A stretch of DNA of 64,000 nucleotides, from contig NW_026781960.1 in the NCBI RefSeq assembly GCF_031769215.1, positions 62,001 through 126,000 of the forward strand, read 5' to 3'. The translations under genes were made by a program, and so were the position numbers. This stretch comes from Ylistrum balloti. Its lineage: Eukaryota. A model generated the notes under the pieces. That model ran no database searches and had not been told where the DNA came from. It saw only the letters and a list, made by a program, of their open reading frames with translations. This document shows positions 1 to 12,258 of this stretch, one piece after another (the stretch's first letter is position 1; every line of letters starts with the position of its first letter).

Positions 1-2
1 GT

Positions 3-923
3 GGCAGCTGCTGTTGTCGTTACTTCAGCTGTGGTGGCAGCTGCTGTTGTCGTTGCTTCAACTGTGGTGGCGGCTGCTGTTGTCGTTGCTTCAGCCGTGG
101 TGGCAGCTGCTGTGGTCGTTACTTCAGCTGTGGTGGCAGCTGCTGTTGTCGTTGCTTCAGCTGTGGTGGCACCTGATGTGGTCGTCACTTCAGCCGTGGT
201 AGCAGCTGCTGTTGTCGTTGCTTCAGCCGTGGTAGCAGCTGCTGTGGTCGTTACTTCAGCTGTGGTGACAACTGCTGTTGTCGTTGCTTCAGCCGTCGTA
301 GCAGCTGCTGTGGTCGTTACTTCAATCGTGGTGGCAGCTGCTGTTGTTGTCACTTCAGCTGTGGTGGCAGCTGCTGTTGTCGTTACATCAGTCGTGGTAG
401 CAGCTGCGGTGGTCGTTACTTCAGCTGTGGTGGCAGCTGCTGTTGTCGTTGCTTCAACCGTGGTGGCAGCAGCAGTGGTGGTTACTTCAGCCGTGGTGGC
501 AGCTGCTGTGGTCGTTACTTCAGCTGTGGTAGCAGCTGCTGTGGTCGTCACTTCCGCTGTTGTGGCAGCAGCTGTGGTCGTCACTTCAGCTGTGGTGGCA
601 GCTGCCGTTGTTGTCACTTCAGCCGTGGTGGCAGCTGCTGTTGTCGTTACTTCAGCTGTGGTGGCAGCTGCTGTGGTCGTTACATCAGTCGTGGTTGCAG
701 CTGCTGTGGTCGTTACATCAGCAGTAGTAGCAGCTGCTGTTGTCGTTACATCAGCTGTGGTGGCAGCTGCTGTTGTCGTTACTTCAGCTGTGGTGGCTGC
801 TGCTGTGGTCGTCGTCTGAGGTACTGTTGAAGCTGGTGTTGTAGAGCTCTGAGTATACTGTAGCATCATACCAGCTATCAAAAAGGCCATCGCCCAAACA
901 GTTCGTGTCCGTCGAATTTCCAT
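3..923 (-). CDS. Secreted mucin-like Thr/Ala-rich protein, N-terminal part (runs off the left edge of the window)
   Basis: ATG at 923-921 gives MEIRRTRTVWAMAFLIAGMMLQYTQSSTTPASTVPQ (basic N-region, hydrophobic core, likely signal peptide), then ~25 copies of an 11-aa unit VTTTAAATTAE/D (33 bp), with no stop seen to the window edge. A polypyrimidine+CAG acceptor lies at 940-938 (exon starts 937). A perfect CAG|GTAAGT donor at 3277/3276 is a candidate 5' UTR exon end. The + strand 1..819 ORF is its antisense shadow. Confidence 0.85.
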   Translation of the reverse strand, partial: MEIRRTRTVWAMAFLIAGMMLQYTQSSTTPASTVPQTTTTAAATTAEVTTTAAATTADVTTTAAATTADVTTTAAATTTDVTTTAAATTAEVTTTAAATTAEVTTTAAATTAEVTTTAAATTAEVTTTAAATTAEVTTTAAATTAEVTTTAAATTVEATTTAAATTAEVTTTAAATTTDVTTTAAATTAEVTTTAAATTIEVTTTAAATTAEATTTAVVTTAEVTTTAAATTAEATTTAAATTAEVTTTSGATTAEATTTAAATTAEVTTTAAATTAEATTTAAATTVEATTTAAATTAEVTTTAAA

Positions 924-1065
924 TTCAAGACAAGGTTCTGGAAAGAAAGATGGAAAATATTACTTAGTTATCCACATACCGCTTCCTTCTTCTGATACAC
1001 AATACTGATCATTTTGTACGTTCATAGTACGTCACATCTACAGGTAATCCCCTGAAGAATATATA

Positions 1066-1469
1066 CGACTGGTTTAACCAAAGAATGTAAACCACTGGTT
1101 TAACCAGAGAATGTAAACCAGTGGTTTAACCAAAGAATGTAAACCACTGGTTTAACCAAAGAATGCACAACACTGGTTTAACCAAAGAATGCATAACACT
1201 GGTTTAACCAAAGAATGCATAACACTGGTTTAACCAAAGAATGCACAACACTGGTTTAACCAAAGAATGCATAACACTGGTTTAACCAAAGAATGTAAAC
1301 CACTGGTTTAACCAAAGAATGTAAACCACTGGTTTAACCAAAGAATGCACAACACTGGTTTAACCAAAGAATGCATAACACTGGTTTAACCAAAGAATAT
1401 ATACCACTGGTTTAACCAAAGAATGTATACGGCTGCTTTCACCAAAGAATGTATACCACTGGTTTCACC
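1066..1469. repeat. Minisatellite, 26-bp unit (CACTGGTTTAACCAAAGAATGYAWAM), ~15 copies, in intron of the mucin-like gene
   Basis: Direct reading of tandem units. Confidence 0.95.
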
Positions 1470-4039
1470 CATCCACATACCAGCGCCAACCCAGTGGAGC
1501 TGTACCGACAAGACTGTAATGCCCTTTATTACACGACTGACCTATCAGGTCAAAGAACATGAACAGTGCGTCACACACCGGTATAGCTTATTCTAAATAT
1601 CAGCCGTAAATGCATCTATAGCATGTGATGAAATTGTGAACATTTGAATACTTTCATTTTTCTCGATTAAGCGATCTGTATTTGTTTTAACTGACCGTCC
1701 TACTGTGTTTCGGAACCCGTTTTGTCAATACCATAGACAAATTGTGTCGTTTATGAAAAAAAGTTTTGTTGACAATTTGTCCGAATTTTAATACTAACGA
1801 CAAACAAATCAGTACATGGGAAGAGCGAACAGTCTTTCACTGTTCTATGTCAATATATTAAACACAATCAACTCAATATTTTCATTCTAAAGAAGAAGTA
1901 TCGATACATTCTGTTATACCAGCCCAAGTAGACCAAATATCTACAAACTTTACAATGAAAAATAAAATATTAACGTACGTTCACGCATCACAATGTTACA
2001 AAATAATGTATTGTACTGTATAAGCTACCCACAACACTAGCAATCAATACTTAATGAATATCAAGCCTCAATAGAATAAATCACTGTTAAATATTCATAT
2101 ATACATGTGGTGTATGTAGATTACAGGTGCGCCGTACCTACGTCAGGGGTGAACTGGTGTGGTTTTACATTTAACACCTGTGTAAGAAAGTATCGTGTCA
2201 GAGACGTTTTATTAAGTCATTGTATTCCCGACATAGACGCACGGCTACACACCGTGAATTTAATCCGCCCTAGTGACTGAATACACTCGTTGCATAATCT
2301 TTGTCTAAAATACGCTCTACCTTTATACATATATATTTACGTCATTCCACTTTCGTGTTAAGACTTTATTTAACTTTAACGCCCAATCAACAACCATCTA
2401 TTTTACTTTTGACAAAATTTAGCAATACCTGTTTATTCAGGACATCATATTATTGTTTTGAAAAAACAGAAAAGTTGTTAAAAAAAAAACAAAAACAAAA
2501 AAGCGCCTTAAGAAGCAGTAGACTTACACTTATCGGCGCAAAAAATTGTATTTCAGGTGTAATAGTGTATTTTGAGCATATTATGTGATGCTAGATGACT
2601 ATGGTATGTAGACCTGAATACTCTTATACCGGTAGACGATTAACATAAACCACGTGATCAGCAATAGCTACATCCAGGAAAATCACAAATACAGGTAAAT
2701 CAATAATTCTTGGAAAAATAATTGTGCGCTGGATTCTGTTCAATTAAATTGTTATCGGTAACAATGTTTTATGGCCTCGTTTATTGAGTAAATGTTACAT
2801 CGCCTTGACTAGAAATGTCCTACACCTTCTGACCGCGTGTGTAACCTTTGCAGCTCATACTTCCAGACAGAAGCGGTCAATAATATTGACAGGAGTAAGC
2901 CGCGCTCGAATGGAAGGTAAATATTCGATCTGTCAGCATTCGTACGGTAAATATTCAGTATTGCATGGCTCAGTGACAAAATATTTGTAAACAATTCATA
3001 TCCGAATGTTTAAGGTGCAATTAATACAATAATTAATAAACATTATTTAATCTGTATGTTTGATTTTTACAAGAACTCTGACAAACCTAATTTCATTAAT
3101 GCATGCAACTTTTATTTTTATTTTTATTTTCAAGTATTATTTTGAACCCCTTCTGACTCTGATGTATCTAATTCTTAATTGTTTTGACAGTTCTGTGAAC
3201 ACTTTTGTAAATCGGAACAAGTAATGAAATTGTCAAAATCAAAATATGCAATCAATTAATGTAAAAAATGACTTACCTGTTTTTTTACCTGTGTAATATT
3301 TACAAGATCCAAAATACTAGAGATAAAGCACACACTTCGGTTGTCGAAAATCAAATATAAATAATATTATAACTGTTTCTGAAGTATCACTGTATTAAAT
3401 CCATAGTTAACAACAGGTGGTTCCAGACGTCCTTCTCTTACGGTAAGCGTTGTTCCAGTGACAGAGCTGAACCACTTTTGTCGAGATATATTAAACCTCC
3501 GATAAAGGTAGGCGGGTCCAGTTCAATTGTCATCGGCGTCTCGTGGTAGTGCATTGGTTCGCCGGCCGGGTACACCCTTACACGCTTCGGTGACGATAGG
3601 TTCGGCTCATGAATCTATACTGAACATTTCGTGAATGGAATTCAGGCAGTGGGTTTAAATGACTACAATACTACGGTATGTGTGTCGTAGTATTGTCGAC
3701 CTTGTGAATTCTACACACTTACTACATATTATCTGAATACAATAAGGCGTTGAGAAGTTGTATACCACGAATGGAATTCAAACTATGTACCTCGGTCCCT
3801 TTGTCAAGAAATATAGTGATGTAGAGACCATTTCAGGAAAAAGTGGGGGTTTAAAATCTGATTTTGGAGATCCAATGAAAACAGTTGAAAGATGAATTTG
3901 AACAAAGATGTTACTGGCGTATTATCTCACGACTGTTACACACACGTATTTCGTTCCGAACTTTAGTTGAGTATATGACTGATATAAAGGAAGACTAACG
4001 ATCGGAAGGATAAACAGTCGATGACAAAGCCGCGGCTGG

Positions 4040-4355
4040 AAAACAAACTAAAGACGAAGACATCCGATGATCACGATGGAATAAATCAAACGACGACAGA
4101 ATCAGACAAACGACGACAGAATCAGACAGTTGATGACAAACGAAGGCAGCGACAATCATACGGACGACGACATTCAAACAGACAACGTCGAACGGACGGA
4201 CAACGCCGAATGGAAGGTCGGACGAACGACTGTGATGCATTGGGTAAACTGGGCAACGACGGACTGACGGACAATGACGAACGGACGGACGGAAAAACGA
4301 CTGTGGTGCAGTGGGTAAACTGGGCAACGACGGACGGGCGGACAATGACGGACGA
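4040..4355. repeat. Low-complexity GAC/ACGG-rich degenerate repeat
   Basis: Recurring ACGACGGAC/ACGGACGG motifs and two copies of GTGxxxTGGGTAAACTGGGCAACGACGGAC. The overlapping ORFs on both strands are repeat-derived. Confidence 0.7.
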
Positions 4356-6703
4356 ATGATTTCAGTTGATTATATATGACACTGATTAGAGATATTGATA
4401 TGAAACAGGAAGACAAATCAGGCAATTCATGGAGGTGTGCTTTCTTTATTTGTATAAGAATACATCTTGTTCCGGCACTGAAAGGAGGTAAACCATAATT
4501 ATGTTATAATACAGAATAGATTCGTATGGTCTCAATATCGTTCTTTTTCTTTTCTAATAAGGTTCTGTGTTTGTATGTGTTTGTAAGATGAAAACACGCA
4601 CAATGTATGAGAAATGGCGTTCTGATCACGATGGAAATGTTTAACAGCAAACGGTCTTCGATTAAAAGAATGAAAGACATCAATGTATGTATTCGTTTTA
4701 AAGTAATCCAGCGACAAAAGATTTACACCGTTGACAGACCAACGGAAATGTGATGTTGTTTATTACTTTATCGAGGAATCTGACAAAGTAGCTACAAATG
4801 TCAACACATTATTTCTATAGAAAGGTGAGATATACGTCTACAAATTTCTTTATCTGGTGTTTTACCTGTGGTAGTAATACACATATTGACTTAGATTTAC
4901 AAACACAGTGTTGTACATTTTCATTTTAAGAAATTTGATTTACACTATACCTATTACGTACTTGTCCGAGATGGGTCGGGCTCGATTTACGGTGCGTGAA
5001 CGGAGATTCTCCGCTGAGATGAAGCGGTGGTGTGTGTCAATGACCGCAGGGCTGTACTGTTCACAATTATCTATTGCTAATTACAAATGTACCAGGTGAG
5101 ATTTTTTAACGCTCGTATCTTACTGACATTTATCTATATATATATAGTTTTTGAAATTCAAACATTCACATATTAAAATTGGTCGTGAGATTAAATATTT
5201 CCATGTATACTTAAAGGCAGAACCAGGTCTGAAATAGGATCCGGAATGGTTCCGGAAGGATAAGCGTTTTCAATGACGACAACCGCCATGAAGATCAGCA
5301 ACTCTAAACATTACACTCTTCCCTGGAATCATTTTTCACCGGACATTTAAATTCGGTGATCATATCTTAACAAAATAATTCAATTCATTATGACCAACAG
5401 ATAACAAAACTGGCGACAATATATATGATTTGGGTTTGACGTAAGGACACGCCATATATCGTGGATTTACTATATATTTTCTCCTTTTAATCTTCAATAA
5501 AAATAACTCTAAGACTGTTCCAGTATATCTTTTCCCGTTTTCCGGTAGTAAAATTAGAGATGTAAAAAATGTAGATCACTAGGGAAATTAATTTTAAAAA
5601 GACTTCGGTAAGACATCAATAATGATTAGTGATATTAGAAACCAGTAAACGGAAGTCAGGTCTTGTTAACCGATGGATAGCAGATGGTCATCGTACACTT
5701 GGAGAAATCACTTTAATATTACAGATAGTAGAACAAAGCAAATCTTTGAGAGGAACACTAATACCAAGACAGAAGTTATCGATATATCAACAACATTTTG
5801 ATTCAAACTGAACATCTATAAAACGAGGGCAAGATATGACCAAAAAATAGTTTACAAGGAGATAACAAGGAACGCAGGACCAGGTGTTTCGGAAGGGTAC
5901 AAACGTCTTCTGCTTCATCAAAGACACACGCCAAGTTTGCCACTAAACGCTTTTCTCGCTTTTCTCGGAAATATATTTACATGTATTCCCACTGAAGAGG
6001 GAGAAAATGACAAACACCAAACTTTCATATTACTACAAACTTTCTGATGATTTACCTGTTTAAAGATATCAGAAACCGAGAAGAATATAGGATATTGAAT
6101 TATATTTTGCTGTGAACCAGTTTCTGCGGCAGAAATAAAGAATAGAAGTAAACAGTGAGCTTATTACTATAATATAGCTTAGAGTCGAAACAATGTGACA
6201 CTGTTACTAATATTACTGAAATTTACGATAAAAAACTCGTTTGAAGTTGAGGAATATGCCTTACGTTTAACGTTCAATATCAAAGTGTTTTATCTGCAAT
6301 CATGGAAATCTGCAGAATAAAATCCAAGTTGTTAACAAACCAACTCTAAGTGAGTGCTACCAAGTGTTGGCTTTCATCTGAGACAAAACCCCATTCTCCA
6401 TCAGCGAATTATTCCAGACATCATCCTCATGTTATGCAGGTACAAAGAAAGTGTCATAAATAAGGCACCAATTTAACTGATACATACTTTAAAACCTGTT
6501 GAACCAGATATAAAACCACACAGTCATAAGGATGCTCCACCCTTACTAAAATCAGTCAGAAAAAAACAGATATTTCAAATGGTTTCCATAATTTTCCATT
6601 AAACACAAGTTATTGATTGTACAAAAGGCACACAAGTGAATAGCGCCTTTTAATACAAATTTAGGATTAGATACGAGAGGGACAAACAATGAATTAAACT
6701 GTT

Positions 6704-6745
6704 TCATACAGCTACTTTGTCCTTCTGGGACTCGTCAATGATGCC
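6704..6745 (-). ncRNA. Degenerate minimal hammerhead ribozyme (dispersed family copy)
   Basis: Minus strand reads GGCATCA-TTGACGA-GTCC-CAGAA-GGAC-AAAG-TAGCTG-TA-TGA. Stem II is intact; the core has C3>U and GAAA>AAAG. Confidence 0.7.
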
Positions 6746-6974
6746 AAGGGCCTAGATTGTGAAGCCCAAGTGGCGACTGAGCAAAAGATTGAGTAATCGA
6801 AATAAAGTCAAAATCTAGACGGGGAGGTGTACTATAATTAAATGAATTTCGTAATTCTAACATGTACCGTCGAACCCTATTATCTCGAAGTCGGAGAGAC
6901 CATGAGTTAAATGTGAAACTTTGCCGGGACCGATGAAATGCTTCGAATTAAATTATGTCTTCAAGTTATATGAG

Positions 6975-7095
6975 ATCGAGATAACGATGTCTGACTGTAG
7001 ATGATAATTCGAGATAACGATGTCTGACTGTAGATGATAATTCGAGATAACGATGTCTGACTGTAGATGATAATTCGAGATAACGATGTCTGACT
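6975..7095. repeat. 33-bp tandem repeat (~4 copies) inside a MITE-like insertion (~6860-7095)
   Basis: Unit CGAGATAACGATGTCTGACTGTAGATGATAATT. The insertion begins TACCGTCGAACCCTATTATCTCGAAG and interrupts homology between the 6.7-kb and 23.1-kb family copies. Confidence 0.75.
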
Positions 7096-8778
7096 GTAGA
7101 TGATAATTTTAGAAGAACGTCAAGTATATGGGTTCTGAACCCTGCCACAATTCGAATGAATTATCACGTGACATCCAAAGTTAACTACACAAATGTTATT
7201 GTAATGTTTTTATATATAGAGCTAGCCTGACAATTAATTCTACAAAACCCGAGTGTGAAAGCAGAATACTTTAGCAGATATTTACAACCATAAAAGCAGT
7301 AAGCATTGTTCAGTAAACAACATAATGGGAAAATTGAAAAATATTATTGAACACAATAGTAGAGTTGAACTTTGGGATAAAATATTGAATTATTTCAAAC
7401 GTTACATTTTGTATTATTATAACCACATCCAGAATTAATCGCAAAGTAGAGAAGTCTAGCCAAACCACCCGTTTGTAGGGGTAAGTGACAACAATTGAAT
7501 CGATCGTGTGGATCAGGCGAGACCCCTGATTACAATTTGAATACGTAATAAGTTTAGAAGTAGACATATTTCTGGGTGTTATTTGGTCGTAAATATACTT
7601 CTGTGGTAAATAAAGACGCGTTACGCCCAAAATGTACCACTTAACACTTGAGTTGATATCCTAAGGTAATTGTTGTCTCAGTTTGTGAATAAATACACTT
7701 TTAATTGTTGGAATATTGTTTAAGTCGTTTTTAAGAGAACTCTATTTTTCGCTATTCTCGAGGATGAAATGTTAGAGACATGAACCCTGCAAGACTTGGA
7801 ACATTCGAACAAGTATTCGTTAGAGATTGGAATTTGCTAATGACTCATCTCGTGTATTAACGTAGACAAAAATCTCACTCAAAATATAAGGGATTTACAG
7901 TAAGCAAACGTTAATTTATGAATTTCTAAGAAAACTTCTCCTAATCCATCTTGCGTCAAGTTTTTGGTGAAACCGAGAATTTCCAAATCATAAAAAAGCG
8001 GCGGGTTAAAATGAGGTTCCGGAAGGTCACGTGATGAACTCGGCTATCTCCGATCATAACAGCAAATGGGGGTAACACAACAGCGAGAGTCGACCAGTGT
8101 TAGTTTGAAGCTATTGATCTTTAACCATTTTTCTCAGATCGTGCTATTATTTTGCGGGTAATGTAATTTGAAGTATTACAACACCTGAAATCACGGAAAA
8201 GTAAGTCTAACCAAACAGTCACTTTAAGCTGATGTGAAAGGCTTATATCACTATCATTAAACCAAATAAGTAAAGGTTGAGAGTTCTAGGAGGTAATCAG
8301 TGTTTGCCGAATTCTATATTTTAACGTACATTATTTGCATGTATCAAAATAGTAATGAAGTATCAATTTTGAAGTAGTCTGCCGGAAGACCTGGTCTTAT
8401 TCTCCTTGTCCTTTCCCAGGAGTCTCCGTGTCTGTTTTTCTTTTGTTTATATATTTGCCCTATGATTATGATGACATGTTGGTATCCTTTTAGGGAAATT
8501 AACATGTCGGATTAAAACATTATGAACTTTGTGACTATTATATACCATTATCACAGTGATCTGAAGAGAATAAGATGTTTTACGAGACCTTTTTATTAGA
8601 TAATCTATATCAGCGGCGGTAAAGAGGGACACTTTCACTGACTGCGTTAACAAGACCTTTATTTTCCTATTGTAAAACCTAGGGAGATAATAATTGGGTT
8701 TGGGGTTTAAAAAAACTTGCTGTCAGTGGTATGTAAGTTATGTTAATTACAGGTTAGTTTCTCTTAATCGTCTGATGA

Positions 8779-9140
8779 CATTTGAGGGTTAAATACGAGG
8801 TCGGGAGAGAATGTACTTATGTCCGGGTAAATTATGTGTTACTCGGTTAAAATCATTTGATGGTTAAACACGAGGTCGGAAGGGAGATGAACTTATGTCC
8901 GGGTAAATTATGTGTTACTCGGTTAAAATCATTTGATGGTTAAACACGAGGTCGGGAGGGAGATGTACTTATATCCGGTAATTTGGGTGTTACCCAGTCA
9001 AAATCATTTGAGGGTTAAACACGAGGTCGGAAGGGATATGTCCTTATATCCGGGTAATTTGAGGGTCAAACACGAGGTCGGGAGGGATATGTCCTTATAT
9101 CCGGGTAATTTATGTATTACTCGGTTAGAATTATTCGATA
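8779..9140. repeat. Tandem repeat, ~75-76-bp unit, ~4-5 copies
   Basis: CATTTGAGGGTTAAACACGAGGTCGG... recurs at 8779, 8854, 8930 and 9005, with a partial copy near 9057. Confidence 0.9.
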
Positions 9141-11084
9141 GTTAATATAAACTTTGTTTCATTCAATATTAAGTTTATTACATCACATAACACAATACAA
9201 ATGCATAAGATGAACTCGGTTAAAAGTGTTTAATGGTTATAAATTCAAATTCCGGAGGGGGTTTCCTTATGTCCTCCATGATAAATCACAGAAGATAAAC
9301 TTTTCTTAATCAACCGTTTAATTCAATCTTAATTAATGATGTGACCGACAGGTTAACAAATCACTGGCCTTATCTCGGTACTATAAATTTATATTAAAAA
9401 TCTTAAATATCCCTTTTTGTCATGTAACTACACGTATTATAATGGATCTGTACACGGGTTCTTTCAGCTTCATACCTATATTCAGTTGTATTTAGAAAGA
9501 GAAGCAGTTTCATCAATAATGATATCCAATGTTGACACTTTATACAATTAGACCTCGATTTCAAATCTTATCGCAAGATATCGTTCTGCATCACGTAGCT
9601 TGTCACACCAATATATTTCAGGGCGTTTGACACTGTAAATCTGCAGTAAATCACGGTTATATATTTAATACAGGGCGTATAATAGTTGAAAGTGTTTGGG
9701 TGGGTCGTATCATTTCAGGCTTATTGTGGAAATATGTTGACGTATTGGGCAGATGGTGCCCGTGACTTAGCACTCCGAAAACGATTAAAATGCTGTGCGA
9801 TTTTCTTTTTTTACACATGTTGTGAAAAATACAGTGCAAAAAGTGTCATCGCCAAGGTCAAATTCAGCTTTACACGGAAGTTTAAAAGTGAAACATAGTT
9901 TTAAAAATAACGTATTACTGCACCGATAAGTTTGTGGTTAGCGTCAAAGTAGTTTAAAGTCCGTAAAGTAAAGGTTGACATAATTTGAGAGTAAAGCAAT
10001 GCAAACTGAAAGCCGATTACTTAAGGAACTTTCAAATAGTATAACATAAAGTAAACAAAGTAAATAACAAACCTTTCAAGTTTTAAACACATCTAATAAA
10101 ATCATATCTTCTTGTCGCGCATGTCTTTTTGTCAGTTCTTCTGTGTGCTGGCCTACAAACTAATGCACTGCATTGTAAAGTTCTCGTTTCTTTTTATTTT
10201 AACTTAGATGCACTGAAAATATATTTCTATCATTAGAATTATCGTTATCACTTAACAAGGATTTTGTGCTGCAAATGTCATAATACTTATGACGCTATCA
10301 ATTAATTACGTTCTACGACTTTCTTGGTGGTGAAACACATCCGAGTTGAAATTTGCTAATCATATATGGGGAACCATTTTTGCTTCCATTCTTCAGAAAC
10401 AAAACAATTAATTCTATAAATGGATTAGTAATTGTGTGTCCGTATCATTTTGAATGTTACTGAATAGTTACATTTAGTACTCGCCTTAAGGCTGAAACAT
10501 GAAGTCGTTTAACAACTTCAGTATATATCCACGGTGTAATCTTGTCATTTCCGAGGAGTCTACAAACATTAAAAGACATGAAGTAGCGGATAATATTTTT
10601 CTGCACGGAAACCGGTGCCTACACAGATTAATACAATAAACTCTGGTTCATAAGCCATGTCAAGATATATATCACTCGTGGTAGCTGTCCAAATCTGTTT
10701 AAGGTCATAATTACTCGAGAAAATACTTGACAATACACATGATAGGTAAAATCCGCGGTTATTGCTATGTCAAGGGAGTCATAATGGACATTTAGTCCTA
10801 TGGAGCACTTTCTGGGTAATACCAAAGAGAAAAAAATTTCCGTAAAATGACCAGTTTGACCCCTTGGGGTCAGCGACCTCTCCGGTTAATATTATAGACG
10901 TCACCAAGCAGCGAAGTGAAACCATAGCTTTTCAACTACATACACATCAACAACAGTAAACATGTAAAACACCGATCTTTTACAATTCCGTCATATCTAA
11001 ATTTATTTAATTCCTTGTTTTAAGGATGATCATTCTAAAAACAAAATTAATATGAAAGTAAAAAGTTAGAGAGAAAAAACTCAA

Positions 11085-12258
11085 GTAAGTAAGTAACTGG
11101 GTGAAGAGGGTTTGTGGGTGTGTATAGGGGACGAGGTAAGTAACTGGGTGAAGAGGGTTTGTGGATGTGTATAGGGGACGAGGTAAGTAACTGGGTGAAG
11201 AGGGTTTGTGGGTGTGTATAGGGGACGAGGTAAGTAACTGGGTGAAGAGGGTTTGTGGGTGTGTATAGGGGACGAGGTAAGTAACTGGGTGAAGAGGGTT
11301 TGTCAATGTGTATAGGGGACGAGGTAAGTAACTGGGTGAAGAGGGTTTGTGGGTGTGTATAGGGGACTGGGTGAAGAGGGTTTGTGGATGTGAAGGTAAG
11401 TAACTGGGTGAAGAGGGTTTGTCAATGTGTATAGGGGACGAGGTAAGTAACTGGGTGAAGAGGGTTTGTGGGTGTGTATAGGGGACGAGGTAAGTAACTG
11501 GGTGAAGAGGGTTTGTCAATGTGTATAGAGGACGAGGTAAGTAACTGGGTGAAGAGGGTTTGTGGGTGTGTATAGGGGACGAGGTAAGTAACTGGGTGAA
11601 GAGGGTTTGTCAATGTGTATAGGGGACGAGGTAAGTAACTGGGTGAAGAGGGTTTGTCGATGTGTATAGGGGACGAGGTAAGTAACTGGGTGAAGAGGGT
11701 TTGTGGATGTGTATAGGGGACGAGGTAAGTAACTGGGTGAAGAGGGTTTGTGGATGTGTATAGGGGACGAGGTAAGTAACTGGGTGAAGAGGGTTTGTCA
11801 ATGTGTATAGGGGACGAGGTAAGTAACTGGGTGAAGAGGGTTTGTGGGTGTGTATAGGGGACGAGGTAAGTAACTGGGTGAAGAGGGTTTGTGGATGTGT
11901 ATAGGGGACGAGGTAAGTAACTGGGTGACTGGGTGAAGAGGGTTTGTGGGTGTGTATAGGGGACGAGGTAAGTAACTGGGTGAAGAGGGTTTGTGGATGT
12001 GTATAGGGGACGAGGTAAGTAACTGGGTGAAGAGGGTTTGTGGATGTGTATAGGGGACGAGGTAAGTAACTGGGTGAAGAGGGTTTGTGGATGTGTATAG
12101 GGGACGAGGTAAGTAACTGGGTGAAGAGGGTTTGTCAATGTGTATAGAGGACGAGGTAAGTAACTGGGTGAAGAGGGTTTGTGGATGTGTATAGGGGACG
12201 AGGTAAGTAACTGGGTGAAGAGGGTTTGTGGATGTGTATAGGGGACGAGGTAAGTAAA
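11085..12258. repeat. G-rich minisatellite, 47-bp unit, ~25 copies
   Basis: Unit GTAAGTAACTGGGTGAAGAGGGTTTGTGGATGTGTATAGGGGACGAG. Explains ORFs 11007-12387. Confidence 0.95.

Noticed and set aside
1-819. 272-aa Val/Ala ORF on the + strand
   Set aside because: Antisense shadow of the minus-strand mucin-like exon, which has the acceptor, ATG and signal peptide.
3535-3620. Possible second tRNA-derived SINE head
   Set aside because: Box A and box B matches (TGGTAGTGCATTGG, GGTTCGGCTC) are too degenerate to support a call.
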